Shown here: piece after piece, positions 19,420 to 30,867 of the stretch
Layout of the letters: every line of letters begins with the position of its first letter
How positions within the stretch are numbered: position 1 is the first letter of the stretch
Assembly: GCA_977020255.1 (NCBI GenBank)
Contig: CDROCS010000253.1
Span: forward strand, 2,418,001 to 2,482,000
Length of the DNA stretch: 64,000 nucleotides
Reading direction: 5' to 3'
Source of the DNA: Obrimoposthia wandeli
Lineage: Eukaryota
Position numbers and translations under genes: made by a program
Notes under the pieces: generated by a model
What the model was told of the DNA's origin: nothing
What the model saw: only the letters and a program-made list of their open reading frames with translations
The model's database searches: none

Positions 19420-22056
19420 TTACTCAATTTCTTCTTTTAACCGTAGTGCTAAGGCTTCTTGCTCTTGAATGGTTAGGGCATCATCCTCTGCGTTAGAAAT
19501 AGTAAAGACATCATCAGCTTTTTCACCAAAGGTTGTTATTTTAGCTGAATGGATATTAACCTGTGCCTCTAGAAATACTTGACTAATATTGGACAATAAA
19601 CCGGGTCTATCCAAGGCAATTATCTCTACCATGGTTCTATTTTTTGAATGTATTTTAATAAAGTTAACACGCAGTGCAACTTTAAATTTTTTCATGTGCC
19701 TCGCTAGCTTTGGCTCAGGAAGCTCGGAGATATTTACTTGCTCTAGTCTATCAACTAACGCTTGACTCATTTCTTTGGTATAGAAACGTTCTCTTAACGG
19801 TTTATTACGACTATCGAGCACCACAAAGGTATTTACGGTATAGCCAGTTTTCGTGGTAATAATTTTTGCATCATGAATTGATAGTTTTTTGGTGACTAAA
19901 AAGGATACGGTATTAGCAAAGGTATTGTTCTTCTCTTTTGTGAAAATAAATACTTCCGTGCCACCTCTATAAGGTATGGGGCTAATGAGTACCAGTGGTT
20001 TTCTTCTATCGTGTTCTAGAATATTTTGACATTGTCTGGCTATTTGTTCAGGGGAGTAGCGTAAAAAATAATCGACTTTAAATTCACTCCACAACGCTTT
20101 AATATTCTGTTCGTCTATATTATTTTCGTTTAATAAGGCTAAAGCTTGTTGCTGATTTTCTCGAATTTTAGAGCGTGTTTCTACCGGTTTTTCTAAACCA
20201 TGGCGAAAAGCACTTAAGGTATTAAAGTAAAGTTCTTCAAGCAGGTTTGCTTTCCAGCTATTCCAAAGGCTTTCATTTGTTCCACGCATATCTGCGACAG
20301 TTAAACAATAAAGGTAATTTAAATGAGCTTCATCTCTAACAATTTCACCAAAAGTTCGAATGACATTTTCATCATTAATATCACGGCGCTGAGCAGTAAC
20401 AGACATTAATAAATGATGCTTAACAAGCCATGCCACCATATTACTGTCGTGTTTGCTCAGTTGATGAGACAAGCAAAAGTTTAGCGCATCAACAGCACCT
20501 AATTTAGCATGATCGCCACCACGACCTTTGCCTATGTCATGAAAGAATCCAGCAAGGTAGAGGACTTCGGGTTTACGAATTTTTTGTGTTATTTTACTAC
20601 ACAGTGGAAACTTATGATTATGTTCTTTTTGACTAAACTGGTGTAAATTCTTAATGACTCGATAGCTGTGCTCATCTACTGAGTACGCATGGAAAAGGTC
20701 AAATTGCATTTGGCCGGCAATATTACGCCAAAGCGGTAAATATGAACTTAGAATACTGTGTCTGTGCATTAAGGTTAATGCTAGACCTAAACCACGTGGA
20801 TGACGAATAATCGCCATAAACATACGTCGACATTCAGCGTAATCAATTAAGCCTGAAATGAGTCGTCTGCGCGCATTGCGCATTAATCTCATGGTATGTG
20901 AGTGTATACCCTTAATACCAGGCTCTTGGGCTATGATTAAAAACATTTCAATCATTTTGACTGGTCGCATAAAAATACGGTCATTTCTGGTGTTGATTAA
21001 GGTATCAACCAACTCAAAGTCTTCATTGATAATACTTATATTACTTTGTTCAGGCTTTTTGATAATCGCTTGTTCGAAATGCTGTAGCAGCATAGTATTT
21101 AATTCGGTCACCCGGGCAATAATACGAAAGAAACGCTTCATCATTCGTTCTACCGGGGCTTTACCTTCATCACCAAAGCCCATCATTTTCGCTACATCTG
21201 CTTGGTAATCAAATAAAAGACGGTTTTCACTTCGACCAGCAACAAAATGCAGTGCAAAGCGCATGCGCCATAGATAATCTTGTGATTCTAACAGCTCAAA
21301 AAATTCATTTGGGTAGAGGTAATCATGTTCAACAAGCTCCTCAAGTGAGTCGGCTGAAAAGTGTCGTTTAGCGACCCAAGAAATAGTTTGAATATCACGT
21401 AATCCTCCCGGGTTTGCTTTTAAATTAGGTTCAAGGGTATACGCTGCGCCTCGGTATTGTTGATGTCTGGCGTCTTGCTCTTTACATTTGGCGACAAAGA
21501 ATTTTTCTGATGTCCAAAAGCCGTCTTCACTTAGTAAAGGGGTTAATTGCTGAGTAAGGGTTTTATTACCAGCAACTTGTCGCATTTCCATTAAGTTAGT
21601 GGCGACGGTTACTTCTGTTACCGCTTGTTTTAAGCACTCTTTAATAGAGCGAACACTATGACCAATATCAAGTTTTATATCCCAGAGTTGGGTAATGAAA
21701 CTTGATATCTTTTCTTCAAGCTCTAGGTCAACTTCTTCTTGTGTTAATAATAATATATCAACGTCGGATTGAGGGTGTAATTCTCCACGACCATAACCGC
21801 CCACAGCAATCAGGGCGATTTGAAACTCATCAAGGTGGTGCTGACACCAAAGCTTCTTTAAAATAGCATCGACAAAAACAGCCCGTGCAGCTAATAAATC
21901 ATTTATATCGTTATCAATAAAAACGTCTTTTAACCAAGTGTTAAATGATAGGCTTAATTGGCAGATATCACGAGTAGATAAAAAGTCAGCACTAACGGCT
22001 AATATTTCAATAAAGTGTGGCGGAACTATATGTACTGATACGGGATGACTAGTCAA
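19420..22056 (-). CDS. glnD: PII uridylyltransferase/uridylyl-removing enzyme
   Basis: [17 protein letters not shown] nucleotidyltransferase motif, HDIGKG HD domain, two C-terminal ACT domains; TTG start. Confidence 0.97.
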   Translation of the reverse strand: MTSHPVSVHIVPPHFIEILAVSADFLSTRDICQLSLSFNTWLKDVFIDNDINDLLAARAVFVDAILKKLWCQHHLDEFQIALIAVGGYGRGELHPQSDVDILLLTQEEVDLELEEKISSFITQLWDIKLDIGHSVRSIKECLKQAVTEVTVATNLMEMRQVAGNKTLTQQLTPLLSEDGFWTSEKFFVAKCKEQDARHQQYRGAAYTLEPNLKANPGGLRDIQTISWVAKRHFSADSLEELVEHDYLYPNEFFELLESQDYLWRMRFALHFVAGRSENRLLFDYQADVAKMMGFGDEGKAPVERMMKRFFRIIARVTELNTMLLQHFEQAIIKKPEQSNISIINEDFELVDTLINTRNDRIFMRPVKMIEMFLIIAQEPGIKGIHSHTMRLMRNARRRLISGLIDYAECRRMFMAIIRHPRGLGLALTLMHRHSILSSYLPLWRNIAGQMQFDLFHAYSVDEHSYRVIKNLHQFSQKEHNHKFPLCSKITQKIRKPEVLYLAGFFHDIGKGRGGDHAKLGAVDALNFCLSHQLSKHDSNMVAWLVKHHLLMSVTAQRRDINDENVIRTFGEIVRDEAHLNYLYCLTVADMRGTNESLWNSWKANLLEELYFNTLSAFRHGLEKPVETRSKIRENQQQALALLNENNIDEQNIKALWSEFKVDYFLRYSPEQIARQCQNILEHDRRKPLVLISPIPYRGGTEVFIFTKEKNNTFANTVSFLVTKKLSIHDAKIITTKTGYTVNTFVVLDSRNKPLRERFYTKEMSQALVDRLEQVNISELPEPKLARHMKKFKVALRVNFIKIHSKNRTMVEIIALDRPGLLSNISQVFLEAQVNIHSAKITTFGEKADDVFTISNAEDDALTIQEQEALALRLKEEIE

Positions 22057-22102
22057 GAGCTTACCTTTTATCTATAGCGATTAATCTGAGGGGCTTAATA
22101 TT

Positions 22103-22157
22103 TATACCCATTACCAATCAATATGCATGGTGCCTACACGTTGAGTGGTAACGATAC
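22103..22157. repeat. Short (~55 bp) internally deleted MITE-like inverted repeat between map and glnD
   Basis: TATACCCATTACCAATCAA...TTGAGTGGTAAC. The left end closely matches the left end of copy 4 (CATACCCGTTACCAATCAAG). Confidence 0.6.
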
Positions 22158-22945
22158 TAATTATGTAATAGACGCGCAATTGTTTCTTCTTTGCGTAAGG
22201 TTAAAATCTCACAACCCGTTTTAGTGACGACAATGGTGTGTTCCCATTGTGCAGATCTTTTACCATCGGCAGTATAAACAGTCCAGTTGTCAGTCTTATC
22301 TAAAAGGGTACCAGCACGGCCTAAGTTCACCATAGGCTCAATGGTGAAGCACATGCCTACTTCCATTTTAGTTTTGTCATTGTTTTTATAATGCATGATT
22401 TGTGGTTCTTCGTGGAATTCTTTACCTATACCATGACCACAATAATCTTTAACAATAGTGTAACGACCCGATTTTTTAACGAACTTTTGAATTGTTGCGC
22501 CAATTTCACCAAAGGTGTTACCTGGTTTAACTTTCTTCAGTGCTAAATAGAGCGACTCTTGAGTAATACGACATAGTCTACTATCTTCAGCTGAGACTTC
22601 GCCGATAAGAAACATTTTACTGGTATCACCATGATAGCCATCTTTTATTACGGTAATATCAAGATTAATAATATCACCATCGGTTAACACTGTGTCATCA
22701 GGGATACCGTGACAAACAACATGATTAACAGAAGTACAAATTGACTTAGGGAAGTGATGATAATTCAATGGTGCAGAGATAGCATTTTGAACATTTTCAG
22801 TGTAATCGGCACATAAGGTATTGAGTTCATCAGTGCTAATGCCCGCTTTTACATGCGGCGCTATCATTTCTAATACATCGGCGGCTAATTGTCCGGCAAT
22901 ACGCATTTTTTCTATTTCTTCTTGGCTTTTTATAGTGATGGCCAT
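22157..22945 (-). CDS. map: Methionine aminopeptidase type I
   Basis: SICTSVNHVVCHGIP, DGYHGDTS, YCGHGIG, FTIEPM and AQWEHT metal ligands. Confidence 0.98.
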   Translation of the reverse strand: MAITIKSQEEIEKMRIAGQLAADVLEMIAPHVKAGISTDELNTLCADYTENVQNAISAPLNYHHFPKSICTSVNHVVCHGIPDDTVLTDGDIINLDITVIKDGYHGDTSKMFLIGEVSAEDSRLCRITQESLYLALKKVKPGNTFGEIGATIQKFVKKSGRYTIVKDYCGHGIGKEFHEEPQIMHYKNNDKTKMEVGMCFTIEPMVNLGRAGTLLDKTDNWTVYTADGKRSAQWEHTIVVTKTGCEILTLRKEETIARLLHN

Positions 22946-23079
22946 CTTGTTCTATCTCTTTTAGTTTGCGCTAGTGGCATTATTGAATGCCACTATGCTA
23001 TTGAATATTGGTAACGCCCTAATCTTGGAGTGGTTATGGCGTAATTATGGAGTAATGAGCTTGGTAATAAGATAGCAAG

Positions 23080-23700
23080 TTAAACGTATTTATTTAACTC
23101 TAATTTTATCGCATCAATAATGGTGTCAGGTTCTTCTAAGTATAAATTGTGATTAAGCAGGATTAAATCATCATCTATTGCCAATAATAACGCAGGTATG
23201 GCTTGAGTTCCTATTATTTCTTGTAGCGCATAAATCTCATGCACCTGAGCGACAGCATCACTAGATAATTTCGTTTTATTAAAAATCTTTGCCGGTACAG
23301 ATAGTTTAAATTCAGCAACGATATCATTCCAATCTGCTTGCTCACTTAGCTCATTGCCCTTTGAAAAATGTTCAACTTGTAAAGCATTTAATAATGCTAA
23401 TGCTTGCTGTGGTGTTTTTTCCGCAGCCCACGTCATCAGATTGGCACATAAAGTAGAGTCTTTTCCATGCGACAATTTACTCATGTATTCAGGCGAGAAA
23501 TTGACCATAGACAGATCTTTGACTTGGGCAATTTGTTGTTTAGTTATTACATTATTATCATCAGCATCAGAAAAATAGGCACAATGCCATAAATTAAGTG
23601 CTACTTCTGGTAACGATTTGTTTACCGCATTCACTAAAGGAGTCGTTGCATAACTCCAAGGACAGTGACTGTCATAAATGAAAAATAATTCTGCTGCCAT
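23080..23700 (-). CDS. DsbA/FrnE-like thioredoxin-fold protein with a CxxS motif
   Basis: FFIYDSHCPWSY resembles the DsbA-like YDPxCGWCY motif; C-terminal IGTQAIPALL resembles the cis-Pro loop. Confidence 0.65.
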   Translation of the reverse strand: MAAELFFIYDSHCPWSYATTPLVNAVNKSLPEVALNLWHCAYFSDADDNNVITKQQIAQVKDLSMVNFSPEYMSKLSHGKDSTLCANLMTWAAEKTPQQALALLNALQVEHFSKGNELSEQADWNDIVAEFKLSVPAKIFNKTKLSSDAVAQVHEIYALQEIIGTQAIPALLLAIDDDLILLNHNLYLEEPDTIIDAIKLELNKYV

Positions 23701-23744
23701 TACTTACCCTATAAAAATTGGTGATTTCGATTAAATACTATATG

Positions 23745-24011
23745 TATACCCGATCCACTTGAAGATGCTCGTTTCAGGAAGTCTGAGCTATTCATAATTA
23801 AGGCGTATTTTTTTATTAAGGGTCATTCCCTTAAAAATAAATGTAACGACGAGTATGATTTGCTCAGCCTTCCCCAAAGGGCTGGTTTAGAAACGCTTTA
23901 TGCTGCGTTATTGATTTCGACAATAGAATAACTATTCTCTTCAATCAATGCCTTGCCTAAAGGCGTTTCTAATTCCAGCTGAATTCTGCATCTTCAAGTG
24001 GAACGGGTATA
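23745..24011 (+). mobile_element. MITE family A copy 3 (267 bp)
   Basis: TATACCCGATCCACTTGAAGATGC...GCATCTTCAAGTGGAACGGGTATA TIRs and shared core. Confidence 0.92.
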
Positions 24012-24107
24012 ATTATCAGCTGATTTTAACTCGCCTTGTCTTATTATCCCACTATAAATCGACATTTGATGGTAAATCATTTTTAACTCGCTAAATAATC
24101 TTGTTTA

Positions 24108-24125
24108 TGGTATAAAGTGCGGCGC
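24108..24125 (+). promoter_or_regulatory. Candidate rpsB promoter: extended -10 with GC-rich discriminator
   Basis: TGGTATAAAGTGCGGCGC. TGn-TATAAA followed by a GC-rich discriminator is typical of stringently controlled promoters. Confidence 0.55.
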
Positions 24126-24264
24126 TAAATTTTTAGTTAATCAGACTTGTCTTTTTTATAAATGGCGATGTCGGACTTATAGCTTGGTTTAGTGACAATT
24201 TAAATCGACTATTTGAACAAGAGACTTTCTAAGTTTTTTGGCTTATAAGTCATTATTATAAACT

Positions 24265-24362
24265 CACATACATCTATCAAAGGTATACCGGGGTGCTCAG
24301 CTTTTGGCTATGAAGTCGAAACAAAAGAGTCGTGTATATTGGGTGTATGAACGCTTAACCCC
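24265..24362 (+). ncRNA. rpsB leader (t44/S2 autoregulatory leader)
   Basis: CACATACATC...CCGGGGTGC...TAACCCC pattern, as recalled for the gammaproteobacterial t44/rpsB leader, directly before the rpsB RBS. Confidence 0.75.
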
Positions 24363-24377
24363 ATAAAGGAAAGAAAA

Positions 24378-25106
24378 ATGTCAAACGTTTCAATGCGCGA
24401 TATGCTTAAAGCAGGTGTTCACTTCGGTCACAAAACTCGTTACTGGAATCCTAAAATGAAGCAATTCATTTTTGGTGCACGCGATAAAGTTCATATCATT
24501 AACCTTGAACAAACAGTTCCTATGTTCAATGAAGCACTTAGTTTCGTAAACAATGTTTCATCGAAAAAAGGTAAAGTATTATTTGTTGGTACTAAACGTG
24601 CTGCAAGTGATGCAATCAAAGACGCAGCTATTAAGTCTGACCAATTCTACGTTAACCACCGCTGGTTAGGTGGCATGTTGACTAACTGGAAAACAGTTCG
24701 TCAATCTATCAAACGTTTAAAAGATTTAGAATCTCAAAGCACTGACGGTACTTTCGAAGCGTTAACTAAGAAAGAAGCGTTAATGCGTACTCGTGAAATG
24801 GAAAAGCTTGATAAAAGCTTAGGTGGTATCAAAAACATGGGTGGTTTACCTGACGTTTTATTTATCATTGATGCTGATCACGAGCACATTGCTATTAAAG
24901 AAGCAAACAACCTTGGTATCCCAGTAATTTCTGTTGTTGATACTAACTCAAATCCTGATGGCGTTGATTACGTTGTTCCAGGTAACGATGATGCAATCCG
25001 TGCCGTCACTTTATATTGTGATGCTGTTGCTAACTCAGTGATCAATGGTCGTGAGCAAAACATCGTAGTACAAGCTGAAAAAGACGGTTTTGTTGAAGCT
25101 GAGTAA
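24378..25106 (+). CDS. rpsB: 30S ribosomal protein S2
   Basis: [38 protein letters not shown]. Confidence 0.99.
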   Translation: MSNVSMRDMLKAGVHFGHKTRYWNPKMKQFIFGARDKVHIINLEQTVPMFNEALSFVNNVSSKKGKVLFVGTKRAASDAIKDAAIKSDQFYVNHRWLGGMLTNWKTVRQSIKRLKDLESQSTDGTFEALTKKEALMRTREMEKLDKSLGGIKNMGGLPDVLFIIDADHEHIAIKEANNLGIPVISVVDTNSNPDGVDYVVPGNDDAIRAVTLYCDAVANSVINGREQNIVVQAEKDGFVEAE

Positions 25107-25240
25107 TCTCAGTTAATAACACGTTTATTTTCTATTGCCACAAAAGTACGCTTTTGTGGCAACTTATTTAATACTTATGCCCGACATTGATTTAGTGATA
25201 ATTCAACTTAGGGGATAACTGAAAATCGAGGAATTAACTC

Positions 25241-26089
25241 ATGGCAATTACTGCTGCAATGGTTAAAGAACTTCGTGCACGCACAGCTGCGGGCATGATG
25301 GATTGTAAAAATGCTTTAGTAGAAGCTGAAGGCGACATGGAACTTGCGATTGAAAATATGCGTAAGAACGGTCAAGCTAAAGCGGCTAAGAAAGCCGGTA
25401 ACATCGCTGCTGAAGGTGCTATTTTAATTAAAACTGCTGACGGCATTGCTGCTTTAGTTGAAGTTAACTGTCAAACAGATTTCGTAGCAAAAGATGATAA
25501 CTTCTTAGGTTTTGCTAACGAAGTTGCAGATGCGGCCCTTGCTACAAAAGCAACAATCGCAGAGCTACAAGCACAATTCGAAGAAAAACGTATTACGCTT
25601 GTGACAAAAATTGGTGAAAACATCAATGTTCGTCGCGTAGAATATATTGAAGGTGTTACTTTAGCATCATATAGCCACGGCGCTACTATCGGTGTTGTTG
25701 TTGCTGGTGAAGGTGATGCTGAATCACTTAAGCATATTGCTATGCACGTTGCTGCAAGTAAGCCTGAGTTCTTAACTCCAGATGACGTTCCAGCTGATGT
25801 TGTTGCCAATGAAAAACGTATTCAAATCGAAATGGCGATGAACGAAGGCAAACCTCAAGAAATCGCTGAGAAGATGGTTACAGGCCGCATGAAGAAGTTT
25901 ACTGGTGAAGTTTCTTTAACTGGTCAAGCTTTCATCATGGAACCTAAGAAAACGGTTGGTGTTATTCTTACTGAGAAAGGTATCACAGTTTCTAACTTCG
26001 TACGTTTAGAAGTTGGTGAAGGTATCGAGAAGAAAGAAGAAGATTTCGCTGCTGAAGTAGAAGCACAAATTGCGGCTGCTAAAGCTTAA
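25241..26089 (+). CDS. tsf: Elongation factor Ts
   Basis: [38 protein letters not shown]. Confidence 0.99.
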   Translation: MAITAAMVKELRARTAAGMMDCKNALVEAEGDMELAIENMRKNGQAKAAKKAGNIAAEGAILIKTADGIAALVEVNCQTDFVAKDDNFLGFANEVADAALATKATIAELQAQFEEKRITLVTKIGENINVRRVEYIEGVTLASYSHGATIGVVVAGEGDAESLKHIAMHVAASKPEFLTPDDVPADVVANEKRIQIEMAMNEGKPQEIAEKMVTGRMKKFTGEVSLTGQAFIMEPKKTVGVILTEKGITVSNFVRLEVGEGIEKKEEDFAAEVEAQIAAAKA

Positions 26090-26147
26090 TTCTTTTTATT
26101 TGATAGGTTAGTTTTATTACTAGCATAATCAAATAGCTTGAATTACT

Positions 26148-26178
26148 AAAAAACGTCTACTTAGGTAGACGTTTTTTT
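26148..26178 (+). terminator. Terminator after tsf
   Basis: AAAAAACGTCTAC-TTAG-GTAGACGTTTTTT. Confidence 0.85.
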
Positions 26179-26335
26179 ATACCAAAATTTTGCTCTTTAT
26201 GTAATAAAAAGTGAGTTTTTTCAGTTTAGACTATCGTGTGTGAGCTAAACGTATTAAAATAGCCGCGGTCTTTTGACCTCGGCTATTTTTTTTGCTTAAA
26301 TTTTATTACTTTAACCGCGACAGGAATTTTTCTCT

Positions 26336-27079
26336 ATGACAACCAATCCTAAACCTGCTTATCGACGAATTCTATTAAAACTCAGTGGTGAAGCGCTGAT
26401 GGGTGACGAGGGTTTTGGAATTGATCCTAAAGTACTTGACCGCATGGCCCAAGAAATAAAAGAGCTAGTAGAGATGGGCATCCAAGTGGGTCTAGTTATC
26501 GGCGGTGGTAATTTATTTCGCGGTGCTGGTTTAGCTGAAGCCGGAATGAACCGTGTTGTTGGCGATCAAATGGGCATGCTAGCTACCGTAATGAACGGCT
26601 TAGCAATGCGTGATGCGCTACATCGTGCTTTTGTAAATACACGTTTGATGTCTGCGATCGATTTAGCCGGTGTTTGTGAACGTTACAACTGGGCAAATGC
26701 TATTAGCTTGCTAAAATCTGGCCGTGTAGTTATCTTTTCTGCTGGTACAGGCAATCCATTTTTCACCACAGATTCAGCAGCCTGTTTACGCGGTATCGAA
26801 ATCGAAGCGGATGCGGTATTTAAAGCGACAAAAGTTGATGGGATATATTCAGAAGATCCAGTAAAAAATCCAGAAGCAGAGCTTTATAGTGAACTAAGTT
26901 ATGATGAAGTACTCGACAAAGAATTAAAAGTAATGGACTTAGCGGCCTTTACTTTAGCACGCGATCATAATATGCCTATTCGCGTGTTTAATATGAATAA
27001 AGCCGGTGCATTGAAATCTGTCATCATGGGTGGTAATGAAGGCACCGTGATTTCACACAACAAACGTATTGAGACTTAA
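26336..27079 (+). CDS. pyrH: Uridylate kinase
   Basis: [35 protein letters not shown]. Confidence 0.99.
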   Translation: MTTNPKPAYRRILLKLSGEALMGDEGFGIDPKVLDRMAQEIKELVEMGIQVGLVIGGGNLFRGAGLAEAGMNRVVGDQMGMLATVMNGLAMRDALHRAFVNTRLMSAIDLAGVCERYNWANAISLLKSGRVVIFSAGTGNPFFTTDSAACLRGIEIEADAVFKATKVDGIYSEDPVKNPEAELYSELSYDEVLDKELKVMDLAAFTLARDHNMPIRVFNMNKAGALKSVIMGGNEGTVISHNKRIET

Positions 27080-27137
27080 GTCAGAATAAATATACATTTT
27101 TGGCTGCAGTTAACTATTAATATTTAGGGAAATTATC

Positions 27138-27695
27138 GTGATAGATGAAATAATTGAAGATGCTCAAGACCGTATGGGTAAAAGTATCGATGCTTTAAAA
27201 ACTAGTTTGACTAAAATAAGAACTGGCCGTGCACATGCCTCATTATTAGATAATATTGTTGTTGAATATTACGGCATGGATACCCCATTAAACCAAGTAG
27301 GTAATGTTTCAGTGCCTGATGCACGTAATCTTTCTATTACAGTTTTTGATAAAGGTATGATTTCAGCTGTTGAAAAAGCAATTATGAAATCTGATTTAGG
27401 TTTAAACCCTCAGTCAAATGGTGCGTTAATTCGTATTCCATTACCGCCACTTACAGAAGAGCGTCGTAAAGACCTTGTTAAAGTTGTTCGTGGTGAAGCT
27501 GAAGGCGGAAAAGTTGCTATTCGTAATATTCGTCGTGATGCAAATTCTGATTTTAAAAGTCTGTTAAAAGAGAAAGAAATCAGTGAAGATGATCATCACC
27601 AAGCTGAAGATTCAATTCAAAAGATAACAGATAATTTTGTGAAGCAAGTGGATGAAGTACTTGTGAAAAAAGAAGCGGAACTAATGGAAATATAA
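27138..27695 (+). CDS. frr: Ribosome recycling factor
   Basis: [31 protein letters not shown]. Confidence 0.99.
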   Translation: MIDEIIEDAQDRMGKSIDALKTSLTKIRTGRAHASLLDNIVVEYYGMDTPLNQVGNVSVPDARNLSITVFDKGMISAVEKAIMKSDLGLNPQSNGALIRIPLPPLTEERRKDLVKVVRGEAEGGKVAIRNIRRDANSDFKSLLKEKEISEDDHHQAEDSIQKITDNFVKQVDEVLVKKEAELMEI

Positions 27696-27706
27696 GTTAG
27701 TTTATT

Positions 27707-27750
27707 AAAAAAACGCCATGTTGCTGCTATTTAGCCAACGGGCGTTTTTT
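27707..27750 (+). terminator. Terminator after frr
   Basis: AAAAAACGCC...GGCGTTTTTT stem with inner GTTG/CAAC pairing. Confidence 0.65.
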
Positions 27751-27816
27751 CTTATAACTACTTATAATAAATGACTTAAATAATTAATGGAAAATTGTTA
27801 AGTGGATAACTTTTAA

Positions 27817-28581
27817 GTGGAAAATACCGAAGTTTTAGCTGAACAGGCTGATAATAAAAACATTCCTCAACATGTTGCTATCATCATGGATGGTAATGGC
27901 CGCTGGGCACAATTACAAGGCAAAGGACGAGTTGCTGGACACAAGGCTGGTGTTGAGTCAGTGCGAGCTGTTGTTGCTACTGCCCGAAAATATAATGTTA
28001 AAGCGTTGACACTCTTTGCTTTTAGTAGTGAAAATTGGCAACGTCCGGCAAAAGAAGTTGGCGTACTCATGGATTTATTTATGTTTGTGTTAACTAAAGA
28101 AGTTAAACGCTTACATAAGCATAATATTCGCTTTCAAGTGGTCGGTGACTTAAGCCGTTTTTCTGATAAGTTACAAAAGAATATTGCTAAATCAGAGCAG
28201 CTCACTGCAGAAAATACCGGTTTAGTTTTATCCATTGCGGCAAATTATGGTGGTCGTTGGGATATCGCTCAAGCGGCTAAAAAACTAGCTAGTGATGTCA
28301 AGCAAGGCATCATGTCTCTTGATGATATCAATGAAGAAACACTCAATGAACAAACTTGTTTAGCAAATCTTCCTACCTTAGATCTACTTATCCGTACTGG
28401 TGGTGATTATCGAATTAGTAACTTTCTCTTATGGCAAGCTGCTTATGCTGAACTCTATTTCACCGATACGCTATGGCCTGACTTTAATGAAATGCAATTT
28501 AAAGAAGCCATAAGCTGCTTTGATCAACGAGAACGGCGTTTTGGCAAAACGGGCGAACAAGCCAGAAACGAAAAGACATAG
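27817..28581 (+). CDS. uppS: Undecaprenyl diphosphate synthase
   Basis: [37 protein letters not shown]. Confidence 0.98.
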   Translation: MENTEVLAEQADNKNIPQHVAIIMDGNGRWAQLQGKGRVAGHKAGVESVRAVVATARKYNVKALTLFAFSSENWQRPAKEVGVLMDLFMFVLTKEVKRLHKHNIRFQVVGDLSRFSDKLQKNIAKSEQLTAENTGLVLSIAANYGGRWDIAQAAKKLASDVKQGIMSLDDINEETLNEQTCLANLPTLDLLIRTGGDYRISNFLLWQAAYAELYFTDTLWPDFNEMQFKEAISCFDQRERRFGKTGEQARNEKT

Positions 28582-28720
28582 TTAAACATAGCTGAACAGA
28601 ATAGTTAAAAAATAGCGTTAAAAATATAATTAAGAACAGCAAGCCGAGTAAGAATACTCAGAGCTTGCCTGACTAACATATAGTCCATTACAACACTCTA
28701 CTAAAATAAAAGGGTAGCCC

Positions 28721-29587
28721 TTGTTAAAACAACGAATTATAACGGCTTTAATCTTAGCACCAGCTGCAATCGCAGCTATTTTCTACTTACCCATTAACTA
28801 CTTTGCCGTGCTTTTAATGGCAATTGTCGGCATAGGTGCATGGGAATGGGCCCGCTTTATGGGCTTAGTTAATACCATTCAACGTTTAGGCTATGTTGTA
28901 ATGACGACCGCTTTAATCGCACTTTTATGGTTTTTATTACCGGTAGATGAAACATGGTTAGTGATATCAGGCGTACAACATGAAATAACCTCAATGCTGT
29001 GGTTAAGTGTTATTTGGTGGCTATTCGCTGCTTTATTAATGTTTTTATATCCTAAATCGAGTGCATTTTGGGCTAATAATAAACTTATAATCGCATTATT
29101 TGGTTGGTTAACCTTAGTTCCTACCTGGCTTGCCTTTATGATTTTACGTACTAATAACTATATGTTAGATGAGTTTCAAGGTGCGCAGTTATTGATGTAC
29201 TTGTTTATGCTAGTGTGGAGTGCAGATGTAGGTGCCTACTTTGTCGGAAAATCATTAGGTAAGCATAAACTGATGCCCAATGTCAGTCCTGGGAAAACAA
29301 TAGAAGGGTTCTTAGGTGGTGTATTTTGTGCAGCCATCTTAACGGTAATCGTCGGGATTTCATTACAGTGGTCAAGTGATGAGTTTATAATGTCATTGTT
29401 AGTCACTCTATTAATTAGCTTTATTTCTGTTTTAGGTGATTTAACAGAGAGTATGTTCAAACGTCAAGCCGGTGTTAAAGATAGTGGCACTATATTACCC
29501 GGTCATGGCGGTATTTTAGATAGAATAGATAGTCTAACGGCAACGGCACCTGTTTTTGCTCTTTGTTACATATTACTTGCTGGATAA
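28721..29587 (+). CDS. cdsA: Phosphatidate cytidylyltransferase
   Basis: MLKQRIITA, WSADVGAYF, SPGKTIEG, GDLTESMFKR, LPGHGGILDRIDS; TTG start. Confidence 0.98.
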   Translation: MLKQRIITALILAPAAIAAIFYLPINYFAVLLMAIVGIGAWEWARFMGLVNTIQRLGYVVMTTALIALLWFLLPVDETWLVISGVQHEITSMLWLSVIWWLFAALLMFLYPKSSAFWANNKLIIALFGWLTLVPTWLAFMILRTNNYMLDEFQGAQLLMYLFMLVWSADVGAYFVGKSLGKHKLMPNVSPGKTIEGFLGGVFCAAILTVIVGISLQWSSDEFIMSLLVTLLISFISVLGDLTESMFKRQAGVKDSGTILPGHGGILDRIDSLTATAPVFALCYILLAG

Positions 29588-29630
29588 ATTTTTATTTTCT
29601 AGCATTTTGTAAATTAATTGGGGTAAATGC

Positions 29631-30866
29631 GTGTCTAAACGTCAACTGTGTATATTAGGTTCAACGGGCTCTATTGGCTGTAGTACTCTCGATGTGGTAC
29701 GACTTCACCCTGACAGGTTTCAAGTTGTCAGTTTAGCTGCTTATACTAGCGTTGAGGTGATTTTTGCGCAATGTATCGAATTTAAACCATCGCAAGTAGT
29801 GCTAGTCTCAAGTGAGCATGCCGCTTTACTTATCCAAAAACTAAATGACGCGGGTGTTAGTAATATTACCGTGTTATCAGGTAAGCAAGCCTTAATTGAT
29901 ATTGCTCAATGTGATACTACCGATACGGTCATGGCATCTATTGTCGGCGCTTCCGGCTTGTTACCGACACTCGCAGCCGTTAATGCAGGTAAACGTGTGT
30001 TATTAGCAAATAAAGAAGCGTTGGTGACATCTGGTGCTATTTTTATGGCTGCTGTAAAAGCCTCTGGGGCAGAACTTCTACCTATCGATAGTGAGCATAA
30101 TGCCATTTTTCAATGCTTACCATCTCAGCAACAAGCTGAAATTGGCGAATGCCAATTACTTGATAACGGTATCAGTAAGATATTGTTAACTGGCTCTGGC
30201 GGGCCTTTTAGAACCAGAGATATCGACACCCTAGGATCAGTCACCCCCTCACAGGCATGTGCTCACCCTAACTGGGATATGGGGCGAAAAATATCAGTTG
30301 ATTCTGCCACTATGATGAATAAAGGCCTTGAATTTATTGAGGCTAAGTGGCTTTTTAATGTCGAAGCTGAAGATATTCAAGTGGTATTACACCCCCAAAG
30401 CACTATCCATTCAATGGTACAATATAAAGATGGCTCTGTTATCGCACAAATGGGTAATCCAGATATGCGTACCCCAATAGCTCATGCTTTGAGTTTTCCA
30501 GATCGTATTGAATCGGGCGTAGCACCATTAGATTTTTTTAATACGCCTTCTTTTGAATTCCAAGAAATTGATTTTCATAGATATCCAAACCTAAAGCTCG
30601 CTATTGAAGCGTGTAAACAAGGTCAAGCGGCTTGTACTGCACTTAATGCCGCCAATGAAATTGCGGTTGCTGCTTTTCTAGACGAAAAAATAAAATTTAC
30701 CGATATTTATAAAATAAATGAAACTTCTGTGAAAAAATTTGTCTCACAAAGGGTAGATAATATTAGTGAGGTGATTGCCCTCGATAAACAAGCACGTTTA
30801 TTTGCACAAACATTACTGGTTGATTTTTTGCCAGCAAAACCGGTAATGCAAAAGGGTAACAAGTAA
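29631..30866 (+). CDS. dxr: 1-deoxy-D-xylulose 5-phosphate reductoisomerase
   Basis: LGSTGSIG, LANKEALV, PIDSEH, HPNWDMGRKISVDSATMMNKGLE. Confidence 0.98.
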   Translation: MSKRQLCILGSTGSIGCSTLDVVRLHPDRFQVVSLAAYTSVEVIFAQCIEFKPSQVVLVSSEHAALLIQKLNDAGVSNITVLSGKQALIDIAQCDTTDTVMASIVGASGLLPTLAAVNAGKRVLLANKEALVTSGAIFMAAVKASGAELLPIDSEHNAIFQCLPSQQQAEIGECQLLDNGISKILLTGSGGPFRTRDIDTLGSVTPSQACAHPNWDMGRKISVDSATMMNKGLEFIEAKWLFNVEAEDIQVVLHPQSTIHSMVQYKDGSVIAQMGNPDMRTPIAHALSFPDRIESGVAPLDFFNTPSFEFQEIDFHRYPNLKLAIEACKQGQAACTALNAANEIAVAAFLDEKIKFTDIYKINETSVKKFVSQRVDNISEVIALDKQARLFAQTLLVDFLPAKPVMQKGNK

Positions 30867-30867
30867 C

